Shown here: positions 1-11,576 of the stretch, piece after piece
How the letters are laid out: every line of letters begins with the position of its first letter
Position numbering within the stretch: position 1 is the stretch's first letter
Assembly: GCA_030295235.1 (NCBI GenBank)
Contig: AP026134.1
Coordinates: forward strand, 1,302,001 to 1,355,535
Direction of reading: 5' to 3'
Length of the DNA: 53,535 nt
DNA from: Fistulifera solaris
Taxonomy: Eukaryota
Notes under the pieces: generated by a model
What the model saw: only the letters and a program-made list of their open reading frames with translations
What the model was told of the DNA's origin: nothing
Databases searched by the model: none
Made by a program: the position numbers and the translations under genes

Positions 1-301
1 AACTGACGTTCATGCCCCTCGCGCGCGCTGCGCGAAGACAATTGCCGCGTGGCATTTTTGGAAGTACTTTGTATTCTTGACGACTTCCTCTTGACATCTC
101 TTTTCGCCAGTTTGCTACGTCACCCATGACTATCCATAATAATGTAGGCGACGAAGGAATCGTGTTGCAGACCCGCACCTCGTTTTCTCTCACTCCAGCG
201 TTATTTTTTGCATTCACTACCTTTGTCAGTTTCCTTGAAATTCATTGAAAGAACCATTGAATAAACAATCATCTTTTTCATTGCAATCACAAGTCATCGT
301 C

Positions 302-949
302 ATGCGATTATCGACTCCTCTTGACACTGACACACTAGCTCCTACCGCTGTTCGTAAACGGCGTATCGAAATGCGCCAGCTGCAGCGGTTTGAAAGTGAG
401 GACGACTTGAAGGCCTCCAACAGCAAGCGCGTCCGTTACGATGACTCGCTCTCCAGCTCAAGTAGTACTAGCGGTGACGAGGAATCTTCTTCTTCTGCGG
501 GAAATGTTTCGATTCGAGGATACAAGAAGCATGCCCGGTACGTTCCGGAAGTCCCAATGACCAAGGCAGAGCTTTCGGCTTGGCGGAAAGAGGCACGTCG
601 GGTTCGCAATCGTGAAAGTGCAGCGGCGTCTCGACAAAAGACGCGTTCGCGCATTGAAGAGCTAGAAGGTCAAGTCGACAAACTTCAGGAAAAGTATTTG
701 CAAGCGTTACAGCGAATCGCGGATCTAGAAAATGGTGTCCGTGGTAGGTCCACCCCGGCGACACTTTATCAAGACATGATGCTGCATATGGGTCATACTA
801 GTTCTTGTACTCCAGCAGCCGATGTGTTCGTTCAACCGGAACTTTCTGTCACCGTTTCTCCGCCACAGTCACCGCGCTCGGAGCCACTTTTTCATTTCGG
901 AGGATCTCAATCAGTCGCAGCACATGGATATGTTCTCACGATCAACTGA
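302..949 (+). CDS. bZIP transcription factor (no LOV domain seen); may continue into 1009-1232 through an intron or frameshift
   Basis: Basic region RRVRNRESAAASRQKTR (N-x7-R) followed by the zipper IEELEGQVDKLQEKYLQALQRIADLE. First ATG at 302. A pyrimidine tract plus CAG at 998-1008 precedes an acidic ORF ending at 1232, but I found no in-phase GT donor. Confidence 0.85.
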   Translation: MRLSTPLDTDTLAPTAVRKRRIEMRQLQRFESEDDLKASNSKRVRYDDSLSSSSSTSGDEESSSSAGNVSIRGYKKHARYVPEVPMTKAELSAWRKEARRVRNRESAAASRQKTRSRIEELEGQVDKLQEKYLQALQRIADLENGVRGRSTPATLYQDMMLHMGHTSSCTPAADVFVQPELSVTVSPPQSPRSEPLFHFGGSQSVAAHGYVLTIN

Positions 950-1468
950 CGTTTGATTCGTGGACTCTTAATGGTTGTTTACAACCAACATTAAACATTT
1001 CCTTCCAGCAGTGAAGACCTGCCATGATGTTGCACCTTCTGATGTGAGCCCTCTTGATTTGATTGGTTCTTCCGATGTTGCATCGACTGTCGACGAGGCA
1101 CGAGTTTCGGAACCTTCTTCCTTGGATGCCACGCACATCGCATTAAGTGATATGCACGATTATGAGCTTGGGGAGTTTCTATGTGAAGCTTTTGCTGAAC
1201 ATGATGCGGAAGATACTTTGACGATTCTTTGAAGTTCAGTCTTGCCACTTTTCTCATATAGATGTACCCGACGACTTTCATCCACTTTTCATCATCCAAT
1301 AAAATAACTCCGAAGAACGCCTGGATAATAATCAATTTAGTTAATTGTAAGAAGTATTAATCTATAAATTTCATCAATACATGCATTGTACAAGTTACAA
1401 CCGGTTGGAGCTACTCTGCGATATTGTTATTGTCAATTGAACCTACAAGAAAATTCAGGTCTCCGAGC

Positions 1469-3376
1469 CTAGATTGTCGACCAGTCATTGTTTGCTTTTC
1501 CCCAGGTTTCGAAAAACCTTCTCGACCTTGGTGTCATCTTGTTCGCCACGGCCGCAGGAAATTCAAATAGCTTCGGAGTCTTCAATTCGCTCTTGATCGC
1601 GGCTTGAATTTCAATTTCAATTTCTTCCACCGGATGTGGTGTGGCACGTTTAAGGATCGATCCACGTTTCACACATTGTCGGAGATTTGAAACGTACGAC
1701 TCAGCGACAGATCTCATTGTACTTGTATCTATTACCGTTGCCGTTTGAACCGGTTCCCCACTAGTTGCTTGTGTTTGAGCGTTTCTAGCCGCAATCAAGT
1801 GTTGAACGAAACTAGCCCGTGCATCTTGTGGGCCATGAATCTTTTCCGGGTCTAGCGCCTCGTGCTTTTCCTGGCTTTGAGTTGGCGCTAGGGCCGTTAA
1901 ACTCTCGGCTAAGCATTCGATTTGCGCTTTTACTTCCTGTAGTCCTTGCATTGTCTTAGTCTCTGCCGTTCGAATTTCGTGTACAAACTCCTCTTTACTC
2001 ATTTCCAGCGCAGCATCGATTTCTGTACGAATTTGTTGGATCGCTTCTTCTCTCAAATACTGGATTGTCGGGTCTGTGTTTTCAATGTCTCGATTCATAC
2101 GGGCCGAATTAGCAACCGGGTTCATCTCCTCGGTTCTCTCCGTCCGAGCTACGTATCGTCGCTCAAAGGTAGTGATTTCGTCTCTTTCCTGTACTGTATC
2201 GGTGGCAGAAAGGTTATTAGCATAATGGAAATTCGCTGTTTCATTCCGCAGATCCGGGCACTCCTGAGTCATTTTGAATGAGTCAAAAGTATTCAAGTCG
2301 TCGTTGACTTTTTGATGTGCTTCAGAGTTTCTCCTTGTGACAACGATGCAATCATCATGTGTTCCGTAGTGCTCTTGCAACGCGTTAGTCTCGAAAGCAT
2401 AATTTGAATCTGGATCGATATGTGCAGCCCCTCGTCGGTTTTCGTCCTCTTTCAGAGCAGTAACGGCCTCGGTAAGTATTTGGATAACCAGGTTCCGTGG
2501 AAACGTCACTTTGAAGATACTCATGCTAAGATCTACGTTTGTAATGACTCCCTGCATCAATCCAACGATATTCATCGGCATCCGAAAGTGAAAAATCTCC
2601 GCATTTTCCGCATCATGATTCCCTTGCGATGTTTTTTTTCTCAACAGCAGGATTTGATAAACTCGAAACTGAAATATCTTTCGTCTCATGTACCGCAGAG
2701 GGTTCCAGAAAGGAAGAGTCGATTGGTATGTGGTTTACAAATGGCGATTTGTGATGTTGCGTCGGAGATGATCCCCAAAAATCTGCTGGAGTTGGACGTC
2801 CCCAAACATCGTTGGCCATGAGATAAGCTCCATCCTGCGGTATTTGATACTCTGCGCCGTGTCCAATTTTCGTAAGATCCTCTCGATATGGATCTATTCT
2901 ACGTGCCTGTCGAAAGAAATCTGGATCAGGTGCCGATCCCAACAAGTCCGAAGCTCTTCCGATCCGAGGAAATTCCATGGTATCCTTTGACGAGCAAGTA
3001 ATCTCCTCTTCAGTCGCCTTGCCATCTGAATTTGATGTAGAAAAACGATGCAGCGCTTCTGTAATGATCACATCCACGACTGACTGCGGTAACTCCCATG
3101 GTAAAAGGGATTCTCTGGAGGAATCGACTCCAGCAACATTCGTTTTACGAGGTGATTTGGCAGAGATATTGATACAGACTGTCCCTCTTCTTTTTGCTCT
3201 AAGGCATCTAACGGCTGAAACTTTACGAACACAGGATCCGGTGATGCAAATAATCTTAAAGACGAATGAAACCGGATTTGAAGTTTGTTTTGTTGTTTGA
3301 CCGATCGATTGAGGGAAAGAGGTGTCACCCAAGCCCCGACGGAGGCAAGGAAGAACCCTGAAATTGAGGTCCTCAT
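1469..3376 (-). CDS. Orphan protein with signal peptide + GA|W presequence and a coiled-coil region; joined across 2 frameshifts
   Basis: ATG 3376 gives MRTSISGFFLASVGA|WVTPLS. Overlapping ORFs 3068-3376, 2613-3332 and 1469-2689 join at ~3075 and at the T8 run 2632-2639. Confidence 0.55.
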
Positions 3377-3894
3377 TGCACTTCTTCTTAAGTCACAGAC
3401 GAAGGTAGAGGAAATAAAATAGAAAATCGTTACGACGCGTTTTAGTTTGAAGATCGGTTTCCCGCATCTCAGATGAGAAATAAAAAATGTGCATCAATCA
3501 TCGCATCACATAAAGACACAAATACTAGAGGCAGGTGTTTTTGAGTTTTCGCATCCGTGATCGCATGATTTATTGTTTCTCCCTTCAAATGTACCTGGTA
3601 GCGGTACTCATTTGCCGTCGGATCGCGATTGAGGAAAAGATTCTTCTGTCTAGGACGCAAAGTGTATTATTTTAGCGTTTTCACGCATGAAGTACAGTCA
3701 CGATTCGTCGTGAGGACTATGACTGATTTTCATTTTCCGCAGCTACTATCACGCCTATTACTTGTTGAAAGAAGATCCAATTATCCCTTAGACCTAATCT
3801 CTGGCTTCACCATTTCTCTATCCGTTACTAAGCTTGTCTTTGACTGCTAAAATTCGTTGGGAACCTCGTCGGACTACCTTCGTCACCACCTCCC

Positions 3895-4305
3895 TTAGAA
3901 GCAGATGTCAAAGAGACCTCCGCCTCCAGCCGAGGGTTTCGAAACAGTCAAAGTAAGTTTTTGCTGACCACCCGTGCAATGACCACCTCCATAGACAGAG
4001 CAGCCATAATAGTATGTATTGCCTTCAGACAATCCCGTCAACTCGCAAGTGCCATCTGACACTTGCGCACAGATCTCAGTTGCCCCAGTAAAGTCGCAGT
4101 TATCGTGGGCAGTTTTATCCGGAAACTGCACCACATTGTGTGAACCAGTCCAAGTAAGCGTCACCGGCAAATTGGCGCTTGAAACAGTTTTTGTTTTTGC
4201 AACGCCGTCGTTCGACCACGGAATGTTGATGGCAGCAAGTGAAGGTGCGGTTGCCATCCAGGTTGTCAAGACGAACACAGATAGACTATTGGAAGTTATC
4301 TTCAT
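3895..4305 (-). CDS. Secreted phytocyanin/plastocyanin-like blue copper protein
   Basis: Signal peptide; HNV His ligand, CDF Cys, and YYYGCSVYGGGHCTGGQQKL, the C...H...Q/M loop typical of phytocyanins. Confidence 0.8.
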   Translation of the reverse strand: MKITSNSLSVFVLTTWMATAPSLAAINIPWSNDGVAKTKTVSSANLPVTLTWTGSHNVVQFPDKTAHDNCDFTGATEICAQVSDGTCELTGLSEGNTYYYGCSVYGGGHCTGGQQKLTLTVSKPSAGGGGLFDICF

Positions 4306-5230
4306 TTTTAAGGTGAGGAAGTAGGATCTATGAAAGAGAAAGGAAAACGACTTTTAAGTAAAGAAAATGGAAAGATCGGCTTTATCTTTTCTATCTACTC
4401 CGTATCTGTCAAAAGTTCAGGAAAAAAAAAGATCTCAATGCGTTGTTGCGTTGCTTGGCGTGGTGAGTGGTGACCGCTGACCGCTGAGACCACGTGACAT
4501 TGTCCTACATTAGATTCGCTAGTCGGAATTCGAGTTAAAGTCAGTACTGGACCTTCCTGGTATCGCCGGAAGGACACGTGACGAATTACGAATTACTCCG
4601 TTGTCCCGTCGATTTGAGTCACGAATCTCGCATTGAATTGAACGCATTGATTGATGGTGGATGGTGGATGAAGCCCACGCACAACGAAGCGGTGGAAGGC
4701 TTGGAAAGAACAAGTCTAGACCCGATTATTATTTTTGAACGTCATCAGGAAAAATTTATTGACAGCAACGCTTCTACAAAAAAAAACGTACGTTCTGAGA
4801 AAGAAAGCCTCCGCCTGTTTCCCATAACCAATATAAACAAGACAATCCGTTCTTACCGAAAGCCATAGTTGCATATTGCAGGCGATCCCACTCACGATAG
4901 CTGGTAGGTTATTCAATGTAATGGAGAAGGCATGCTCAGCTCGCCCGTCTTTGGTGGTTTCCTTTTTCTCATGTCGTAGACTAACGATCTCCTTGCAAGT
5001 GATCTCATGTTTTTTTGTTGAACGTTACAGAGTACATACCAGGCACAAGACCTCATAAAGCAAAAACAAAAAAACATGAACCTAGAACACAATTACCGAT
5101 CAATCACTGATCACTGGTCACTGGTGTCACGGGTCACAGTGTCAGTGTCACGGTTCTCGGTCGCTGACAGACCACTGAAGCCGCGAAAATCGAAAGAACA
5201 ATTCTCTCGCCAGAAAATGACAAAAAACCA

Positions 5231-5725
5231 ATGACCCTCTGTTGCAGTTGTGACCCGATTAAGGTTCTGGCTTCTCAAGAGCGTGAAAAGCGTAGCATGT
5301 ACGGACCCCCTTGCCACGAACGCAGACGAGACTTCACTCCCCTGGTCTTTTCCATTGACGGAATGATGGGACAACAGGCTATTTCAGCATCGAGACAGCT
5401 TGCAAGAAAACTTCAGCGGAAGTGGAACAAGCCATACTCCGAGATCTGTGGCTTCATCCGGGCGCGCATGAGTCTTTCCCTGGTCAGGTCAGTTAGTATG
5501 CTTCTGCGAAATCCAAGAGAAGGAATGCCAAAACGGAATCCCCCTCATTGGGAAACGGGCTCGGGACTGGCCATCTACTAGTGCACTAAGGCTAGGGAGT
5601 TAGAACCAAAGCTTACTCATTGAAGTGTCAGACTGAAATATATGTGAATGAAAAGTGGAAAATTCAGTCGAATGTCAAGATTAGATTCTGACGATTAAAA
5701 AAATTAGGAATAAAATATATATGTG
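5231..5725 (+). mobile_element. 5'-truncated non-LTR retrotransposon remnant (C-terminal restriction-like endonuclease region, CRE-like) with putative 3' UTR
   Basis: ORF 5231-5581 EREKRSMY..CHERRRDFTPLVFSIDGMMG..LARKLQRKWNKPYSEICGFIRARMSLSLVRS resembles the C-terminus of RLE-type non-LTR ORFs. No RT domain is present. Segment 5634-5725 recurs at 18619-18709. Confidence 0.65.
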
Positions 5726-6287
5726 TTGTAGTGTGGTTTGCTTCAGATATCAGGCGGTCATAGGTATGGTCATCGGTCATCGATCTTTGATCTGGGATCA
5801 CGGATCGATCGATCAAAGATCAAAGTCTAGAGAGTGCACTGTGTAATAGGCAATAGGCAATAGGCGATAATTTATTTACGACCTGTGCAGAATGCAAAGT
5901 TCGGGAGTCGGGAGTCGGGAGTGATTACAAAGTACCAGGTACAGATGTAGTACAGATTACAGACAGACGACCTGGAGACCTGTCTCTGTAGATCTGTAGA
6001 AACAAAAAGACATATGAACAATGAACATAAGAAAGAATTCACTCGGAGTAATTACAATTATACAAATGGTACTGACTCCGGAAGGAACACGAATGACGAA
6101 CATAGATAGCCAATAGCCAACGGCCAAGCTAACCTGTAAGGAGTAAGGAGTAGTAGGAGAATGCGAGTCTGATGATGTCGTGTCGGTGCTCAAACCGAGT
6201 TTTGTTTTGAAATTGGTCGTAAACGATCGGTCATCTCATTTCTCCTTTTGATTGATTCTTTTTTTTTTTTTGCTTTTCATTTAATCA

Positions 6288-7491
6288 ATGGAACGGCGAC
6301 GCAGTAATGACAACGGTACTTTATCTCAGTCAAAGTACAGAGAGCCTGAGTTATCGAATCCTGATTTCGAACTGGATCCTCGGAATGCTCGGCGATTAAT
6401 CCGTGCTGCTGAAAAGACATTGCCACCGGCTATTCTCAAAGCTGACGCATCATCTGGTAGTTACAGGCGACAGGATATCAAGGTTGGAAAAGTTCTAGGT
6501 GTCGGTGGCTTCGGTCACGTAAGCGAAGTTCTTTCCATGAAAGGTTCGAACGATATGTTGGTCATGAAGACACTTGTTCCGCATAAAAACGCGGAGCATG
6601 CGTTGTTTGCCTGTCATCACATCGCGATGGAAAAGTATATCTTAAGTCAATTGGATCATCCCAATATTATCCGTCTCCGTGGAAGCAACAAAGGTGGGCT
6701 GAGTGCCATCGCCGAGACGGCTCGAATGGACGCTTGTTTCTTGCTTCTAGATCGTCTACCAGAAACGCTGTCGGATCGCATTGAGCATTGGCAGCGACAA
6801 CAGGCAAAACCGAAACGCCGACGAAGTTTAACTGAATCACTTTCCGCGTTGGTAATTTCGAGAAAGAGCTTTGCGCAAGATCCGGACGTCTTTCGCGAAA
6901 AACTAAGCATCATGATTCAAATTGCCGCAGCGTTGGAATATCTTCATTCTAAGCGCATCATTCTCAGGGATCTAAAACCGGTAAGCAATTTTTTAATACG
7001 TCAGGATCATGAGATTATCTTGTATTCGTTTGTCTAAATTTCTTTGCCGGCCGGAAAAGGACAATGTTGGATTCGATATGAAGGAACGACGCGTCGTCAA
7101 GCTCTTTGACTTTGGAATGGCGGAGCCTCTCCCTGAAAATGTTGACTTGGAAAAAACGCACGATTTGGCCGGCAGAGTGGGGACAACACGATATATGGCG
7201 ACAGAAGTGCTTCGAGAGGAACCATACAACGTCAAGGCAGATGTTTTCTCATTTTCTTTGGTTGTTTGGGAAGTCTTAACTTTGGAACGTCCCCATGATC
7301 GTTCCAGTCCTGATGCTTCTGTATTCGGAGAGCGCCCGAAGATTCCCAAAGAATGGCCTTCGGCCTTGAAACGAATTCTCCAACGCGGTTGGTCCGACGA
7401 TCTTGAGACGCGGCCTTCGATGATCGAATTTAGATTGGTTCTCGAAGACTTGAAACGTCAAGCTGATGAAGAATCTGATGACGGCTTTTAA
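6288..7491 (+). CDS. Ser/Thr (TKL-like) protein kinase, 2 exons (6288-6980, 7060-7491)
   Basis: LGVGGFGHV loop, VMK lysine, RDLKP|DNVGF joined across a GTAAGC...AG intron (6981-7059), DFG, GTTRYMATE, DVFSF. Confidence 0.92.
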
Positions 7492-7604
7492 GTAGTGCAT
7501 AGTTTTAGGTAGAAAACAACACAGCAGCTAACAAAAAAATTACTACCTTTTTCTTTTAAATAATGCTGAGATGCAGAGCTAATTAATCTTTACTCCGTAT
7601 CTTG

Positions 7605-8297
7605 TTACCAGGCTCGCTGACCTTGGGACGCCGCTACGTAGACTGGCTCGGGCATAGGAACTCCCTGCGGTTCAGAGCCTTTAGTTTGCGATTGAGGGCC
7701 TTTGTAGGGCAAGAAGTTGGGACCTTTCAACTTGTTTTGACTCTCTTGCTTCGACGAAGCCGAAAGAGCATCCAAGTAACTCAGATACATGGCAGCTGCT
7801 TCCGCCTTTGACTCGATTGGTTCTCCTTGCGCAGGAGGCAAGCTAGCAAACACTTCTTGTTTACGGCGTTCCGCAATCGAGGGTGTCCCGATGAGCCAGT
7901 CATCTCCTCTTTTGTGAATGACAGGTGCATACGTTCCGATCTGAACAGTCTCCAGTACGTCGGCAGGTAGCAACCATGTCGGAGGTTTGTAGGGAGAATC
8001 GGCCATAGCCAAAAGCCGCAACATGTTGGTAACGGCGATGGAAGGATAAATTCGAGGAGGGCCGTCGTGCGTTCGACGTCCATCTTTATCGGATCGGCCG
8101 ATTTTGTGAGAGGTAATAACATCGGCGGGATAGAAAGAAGGATTCTTGGAAGATCTCTCATAGTCGAAATTGTCTCCTACTTTGAGGAATTCATGTAGCG
8201 CGAACGATTTCTGCGACGATCTGATTTCCTGATTCATAAATGCAGCAACGCTGCTCAGAGACGACACGGCGAACGCGGTGAAAAGAAGTCGGAACAT
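7605..8297 (-). CDS. Orphan putative plastid-targeted protein (AA|F) with PADV, SYLDAL and KGPNFLPYKGPQ motifs
   Basis: MFRLLFTAFAVSSLSSVAA|FMNQ from ATG 8297; intact ORF to 7605. Confidence 0.75.
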   Translation of the reverse strand: MFRLLFTAFAVSSLSSVAAFMNQEIRSSQKSFALHEFLKVGDNFDYERSSKNPSFYPADVITSHKIGRSDKDGRRTHDGPPRIYPSIAVTNMLRLLAMADSPYKPPTWLLPADVLETVQIGTYAPVIHKRGDDWLIGTPSIAERRKQEVFASLPPAQGEPIESKAEAAAMYLSYLDALSASSKQESQNKLKGPNFLPYKGPQSQTKGSEPQGVPMPEPVYVAASQGQRAW

Positions 8298-8650
8298 CGT
8301 GATGCTTTTCTTGATAATAAACTTGGACGATGATTCTTGTTGACAAGTATTTGTGACTAGCTTTGCTGCAGCTTGATTACACACACAGTCTTCAAATTGT
8401 TGAAATAACAAGAAGTGAACCTTTGAAAGATCTTGTTGCTTGTTGGCTGTTGGGTACCAGGTACTGTCGACGGTGAATCGATCGATGTGCGCTTTCGTGA
8501 TGGGTGGCCGGGTTCGCTTGCTGGATCCAAAACCGTTGCGGAGTTTCAGCTTATTTAGCGGCAAATTTCAGAAACCGAAACAAATGTTCTTAGGATCGAA
8601 AAGTGTTCCGCCTTCCCTTTCTATGGAAGGTTGGTTGCACCGGTACTGGA

Positions 8651-8722
8651 TGACGTAATTCAATTATTGAAATTGATTCGGTCGCTGAAAACGACTTGAT
8701 TCAAATGCGTGACGTGTGACGT
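8651..8722. promoter_or_regulatory. Cluster of TGACGT (CRE/ATF-like) elements upstream of the gene starting at 8297
   Basis: TGACGTAA at 8651, TGACGT at 8710 and 8717. Confidence 0.4.
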
Positions 8723-8935
8723 GTGACGACGTGTGACCCACGGAACAGGAACAGGGAATCCATGAGCAACTTCAATTCCGGCTCCTACAACCTAAAGAGC
8801 GTTCTAATCAAGTAGAACTAATTGCTGAATCCTACTGCAGTTGAGCTACAAGCAACGTGAAGAGAGGTGAGCCTAAATATGCAATGTGATTACTCGACCA
8901 TTTAACAAGCTTTTCACCAATTCGATGGTTCAAGT

Positions 8936-11164
8936 TCATTGCCGATCCTGCAAGAGTAATTCTTTCAGAGTAAACAGGGCCATCTCTCGAACCTTTGTTG
9001 ATGTTAACTTCTTTTTTTCTGTCTCTTCTTCTCCACTATCTGCTGTTTTGACTATTGACAGACCGATATCTTGTGTTTCGCTTGCGTCCATCTGTTCGCA
9101 CGTATCCGACGGTTCGCCAAGGTCGTTGCTTGAACTGTCAGCATCTTCAACGGCACTTTCAGTGGGTTCAGCCTCAGTGACTCCGAAAAGTATGTCCAAA
9201 AGTTTGTCTGTTGCAGGTGCGGGATTTGCACTCTTTCCGTTGGAGGGACTTGTCACATCATCAACCGTGCCTTCCCCGTTGTGACCCTCCCCATCGATGA
9301 ATGGTGTTCCGTCTACCCCATTTAGGTTAGCAAGAACAGAAGAAGGATCGGCAAGATATTGACTGACCGTTTCGTCCGTCAACTGATCGGAACCATCGGG
9401 GCTCCCAGTAAACAAGTACTGCAGAAGCTCCTTAGTTGATGATTTGGCATTTATGGGAGCCATGGATCCAATAGATGTCTCATCCCAAACGTTCGAAGAG
9501 CCTTGGGTTTCAAAAGCAAATTGGATCTTGTTCGCATGGTCGGATTCTGATACTAAACTTGGTTGAGCAACATTAGAAGTAGAATCGAGTTGGCCTTCCG
9601 GGTCGCCTTGATTATGGTCTCCGTTCAGGCGGACGCCTGAATTTAAATGCAGATGCTCGGAAATCGTTTCGTCGTCGGAATTCGTTAGCAATTTAGTTTG
9701 ATCAGTTTCCGTTGAAATCGCTTCTGCCTTGTCATCGAACGAAGCCAGGTCATGTACTCCATTAACGCTGGTTGGTTCCATCGTTTCCGATTCCACTACG
9801 GAACTTTCTACTACCGAAGGCTCAGAAAACGACAACTCTGTTATTTGAAGATCCGCACCTTTCTCAACCAGGTCTGTCTCTGCTAGTGGTGAACTCGTTA
9901 TTGTCTCAGAGCCGACCGCAGCGTTCTCCGATTCCAATGAAACTGGCTCTAACAAAGAGTCATTTGTCACTGCAACCACCAACGTATCTTCAACATCCGT
10001 TACTGATGAAATTGCTTCGTTTTCCACGTATCTAGGGCTTTCTCCGTCAATCTGGGCCGCCTCTTGAGCCGCATCAGAGCTGAGAGCGACAGAACCTTCA
10101 GTTATTTCCATTGGTGCTTGGTCAGAAATCATGTCCATTTGCGCTGTTTCTAGATCAATAGACTCTCCTACTTCACCAGTGACTGCAATAGATGTCGAAC
10201 GAAGACCTTGCTCATCATTTTCATGCAATAAATTGTCCTCGCTCGACTCCAGCAATGTGCTGTCCAATATCGCTTCAGTCTCGTCATAATTAAAAACCGA
10301 TGACTCTTCCTCTTGATGTGTACCGTTGACACCATTGATAGGCGGTTCTTCTTTAGCATCCTCTATGACTTGTGTTTCCGTGTTCTCCGTCGATGGCTTT
10401 CGAAATCCCTGCCGATTGCGTGCCTCTTCTTGCTCATTCATGCGATCACGCCAAAACTGTACCTGAATATCACCGACTACAGGTTGCTTCGAAAATGAGT
10501 TCCTTGTCGAAACCGCAGAGGCAGATACCGAGTCTCGTTGTTCCGAGAGAGTTTCCGTCGTAACAACGTCGCCTGCGTGTTCCTCGAGTTCAGCTTGGTC
10601 GCTTGCTGCCGACTCGGAACTTGTTTCCGGTAACTCTTGAGTGTTGTCTTCGCTTATGTTTGCATGAAAGATGGAATTACGTGCTTGTTCCGTTGAAAAC
10701 GCGGGTCGAAACCCCTTTTTATTCCGCTCTTCTTCTTGCGCCGTCATGCGGTCACGCCAAAATAGAATATTACGATCATCTACCGAGGTAATGGGCACTG
10801 AAGGACGCTGCGGAGCCGAAGGTCGAAACGCACTAGGATGAGTCGTTGGGGCGGGAGGCCTGGAAACACTCGTCGCAGCTGAAATTAAAAACAGGTCATC
10901 CTGATCGCTCGGCAAAGATGATACGGCAGTCGTATCTTCAGGAGGAGTTGGTGGAGCTGTAGACTGCAAAGGCTGCACGATAAACGGTTGTGCAGTAGTA
11001 GGTTCCCAAGAAGGCTTTTTGAATACATCTGCGGGCACGAGATAATCTGGATCGTTTACAGCAGACATTTTTACGGATCGAGCTGACATTCGATGCGGAC
11101 GAATAACCCACGCATCTGTTGCAGTGAACGCAAAGAATGATACTGTTACAAATCGAATAATCAT
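8936..11164 (-). CDS. Orphan acidic, disordered putative plastid-targeted protein (DA|W)
   Basis: MIIRFVTVSFFAFTATDA|WVIRPHRMSAR from ATG 11164; YLVPADVF; two FWRDRMxxQEExRNxxGFR copies; very rich in E/S/D. Confidence 0.78.
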   Translation of the reverse strand: MIIRFVTVSFFAFTATDAWVIRPHRMSARSVKMSAVNDPDYLVPADVFKKPSWEPTTAQPFIVQPLQSTAPPTPPEDTTAVSSLPSDQDDLFLISAATSVSRPPAPTTHPSAFRPSAPQRPSVPITSVDDRNILFWRDRMTAQEEERNKKGFRPAFSTEQARNSIFHANISEDNTQELPETSSESAASDQAELEEHAGDVVTTETLSEQRDSVSASAVSTRNSFSKQPVVGDIQVQFWRDRMNEQEEARNRQGFRKPSTENTETQVIEDAKEEPPINGVNGTHQEEESSVFNYDETEAILDSTLLESSEDNLLHENDEQGLRSTSIAVTGEVGESIDLETAQMDMISDQAPMEITEGSVALSSDAAQEAAQIDGESPRYVENEAISSVTDVEDTLVVAVTNDSLLEPVSLESENAAVGSETITSSPLAETDLVEKGADLQITELSFSEPSVVESSVVESETMEPTSVNGVHDLASFDDKAEAISTETDQTKLLTNSDDETISEHLHLNSGVRLNGDHNQGDPEGQLDSTSNVAQPSLVSESDHANKIQFAFETQGSSNVWDETSIGSMAPINAKSSTKELLQYLFTGSPDGSDQLTDETVSQYLADPSSVLANLNGVDGTPFIDGEGHNGEGTVDDVTSPSNGKSANPAPATDKLLDILFGVTEAEPTESAVEDADSSSNDLGEPSDTCEQMDASETQDIGLSIVKTADSGEEETEKKKLTSTKVREMALFTLKELLLQDRQ

Positions 11165-11335
11165 CTTGACTTGAATTTGAAAGAAGGAAAGGGATAAAAT
11201 GGGAAATAACGACGTAATAAGTATCCAAGGAGAAAGTAGAAGTCGCGTGCCCAAAGTTTGCAATGCATTCCTTTTGTCTTGCAGAAAAAAGGTGCAGTTT
11301 TGGTTGGGGAATTTCGGCTATGGATTACGTTGAAG

Positions 11336-11357
11336 TGACGTCATGCTGCAAACGTCA
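11336..11357. promoter_or_regulatory. Palindromic TGACGTCA plus an ACGTCA half-site upstream of the gene starting at 11164
   Basis: TGACGTCA at 11336-11343; ACGTCA at 11352-11357. Confidence 0.4.
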
Positions 11358-11576
11358 TCCACTCCCATGGATGACTTCAGATGCGGGACCCAGGTGAGCG
11401 AAATAAGCAGGCCTGATGAGTGATCATTGATCAGACGTTGCTAGTTCCTACCAGGTAGGCAAGCAAATAATGTTTGATGTGGATTACCAGGTACCCTCTT
11501 TAGATAGTCCGCGAACCTAATTGCATCGACCTATAAAATCTATTAATAGGCATACACTTATGATTCTCCCATGCCC

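Noticed and set aside
302..949. Aureochrome assignment for the bZIP
   Set aside because: No LOV domain signature (GRNCRFLQ) downstream.
4578..4868. 96-aa ORF upstream of the retroelement fragment
   Set aside because: Non-ATG start in the track and no recognisable motif; I could not link it to the element.
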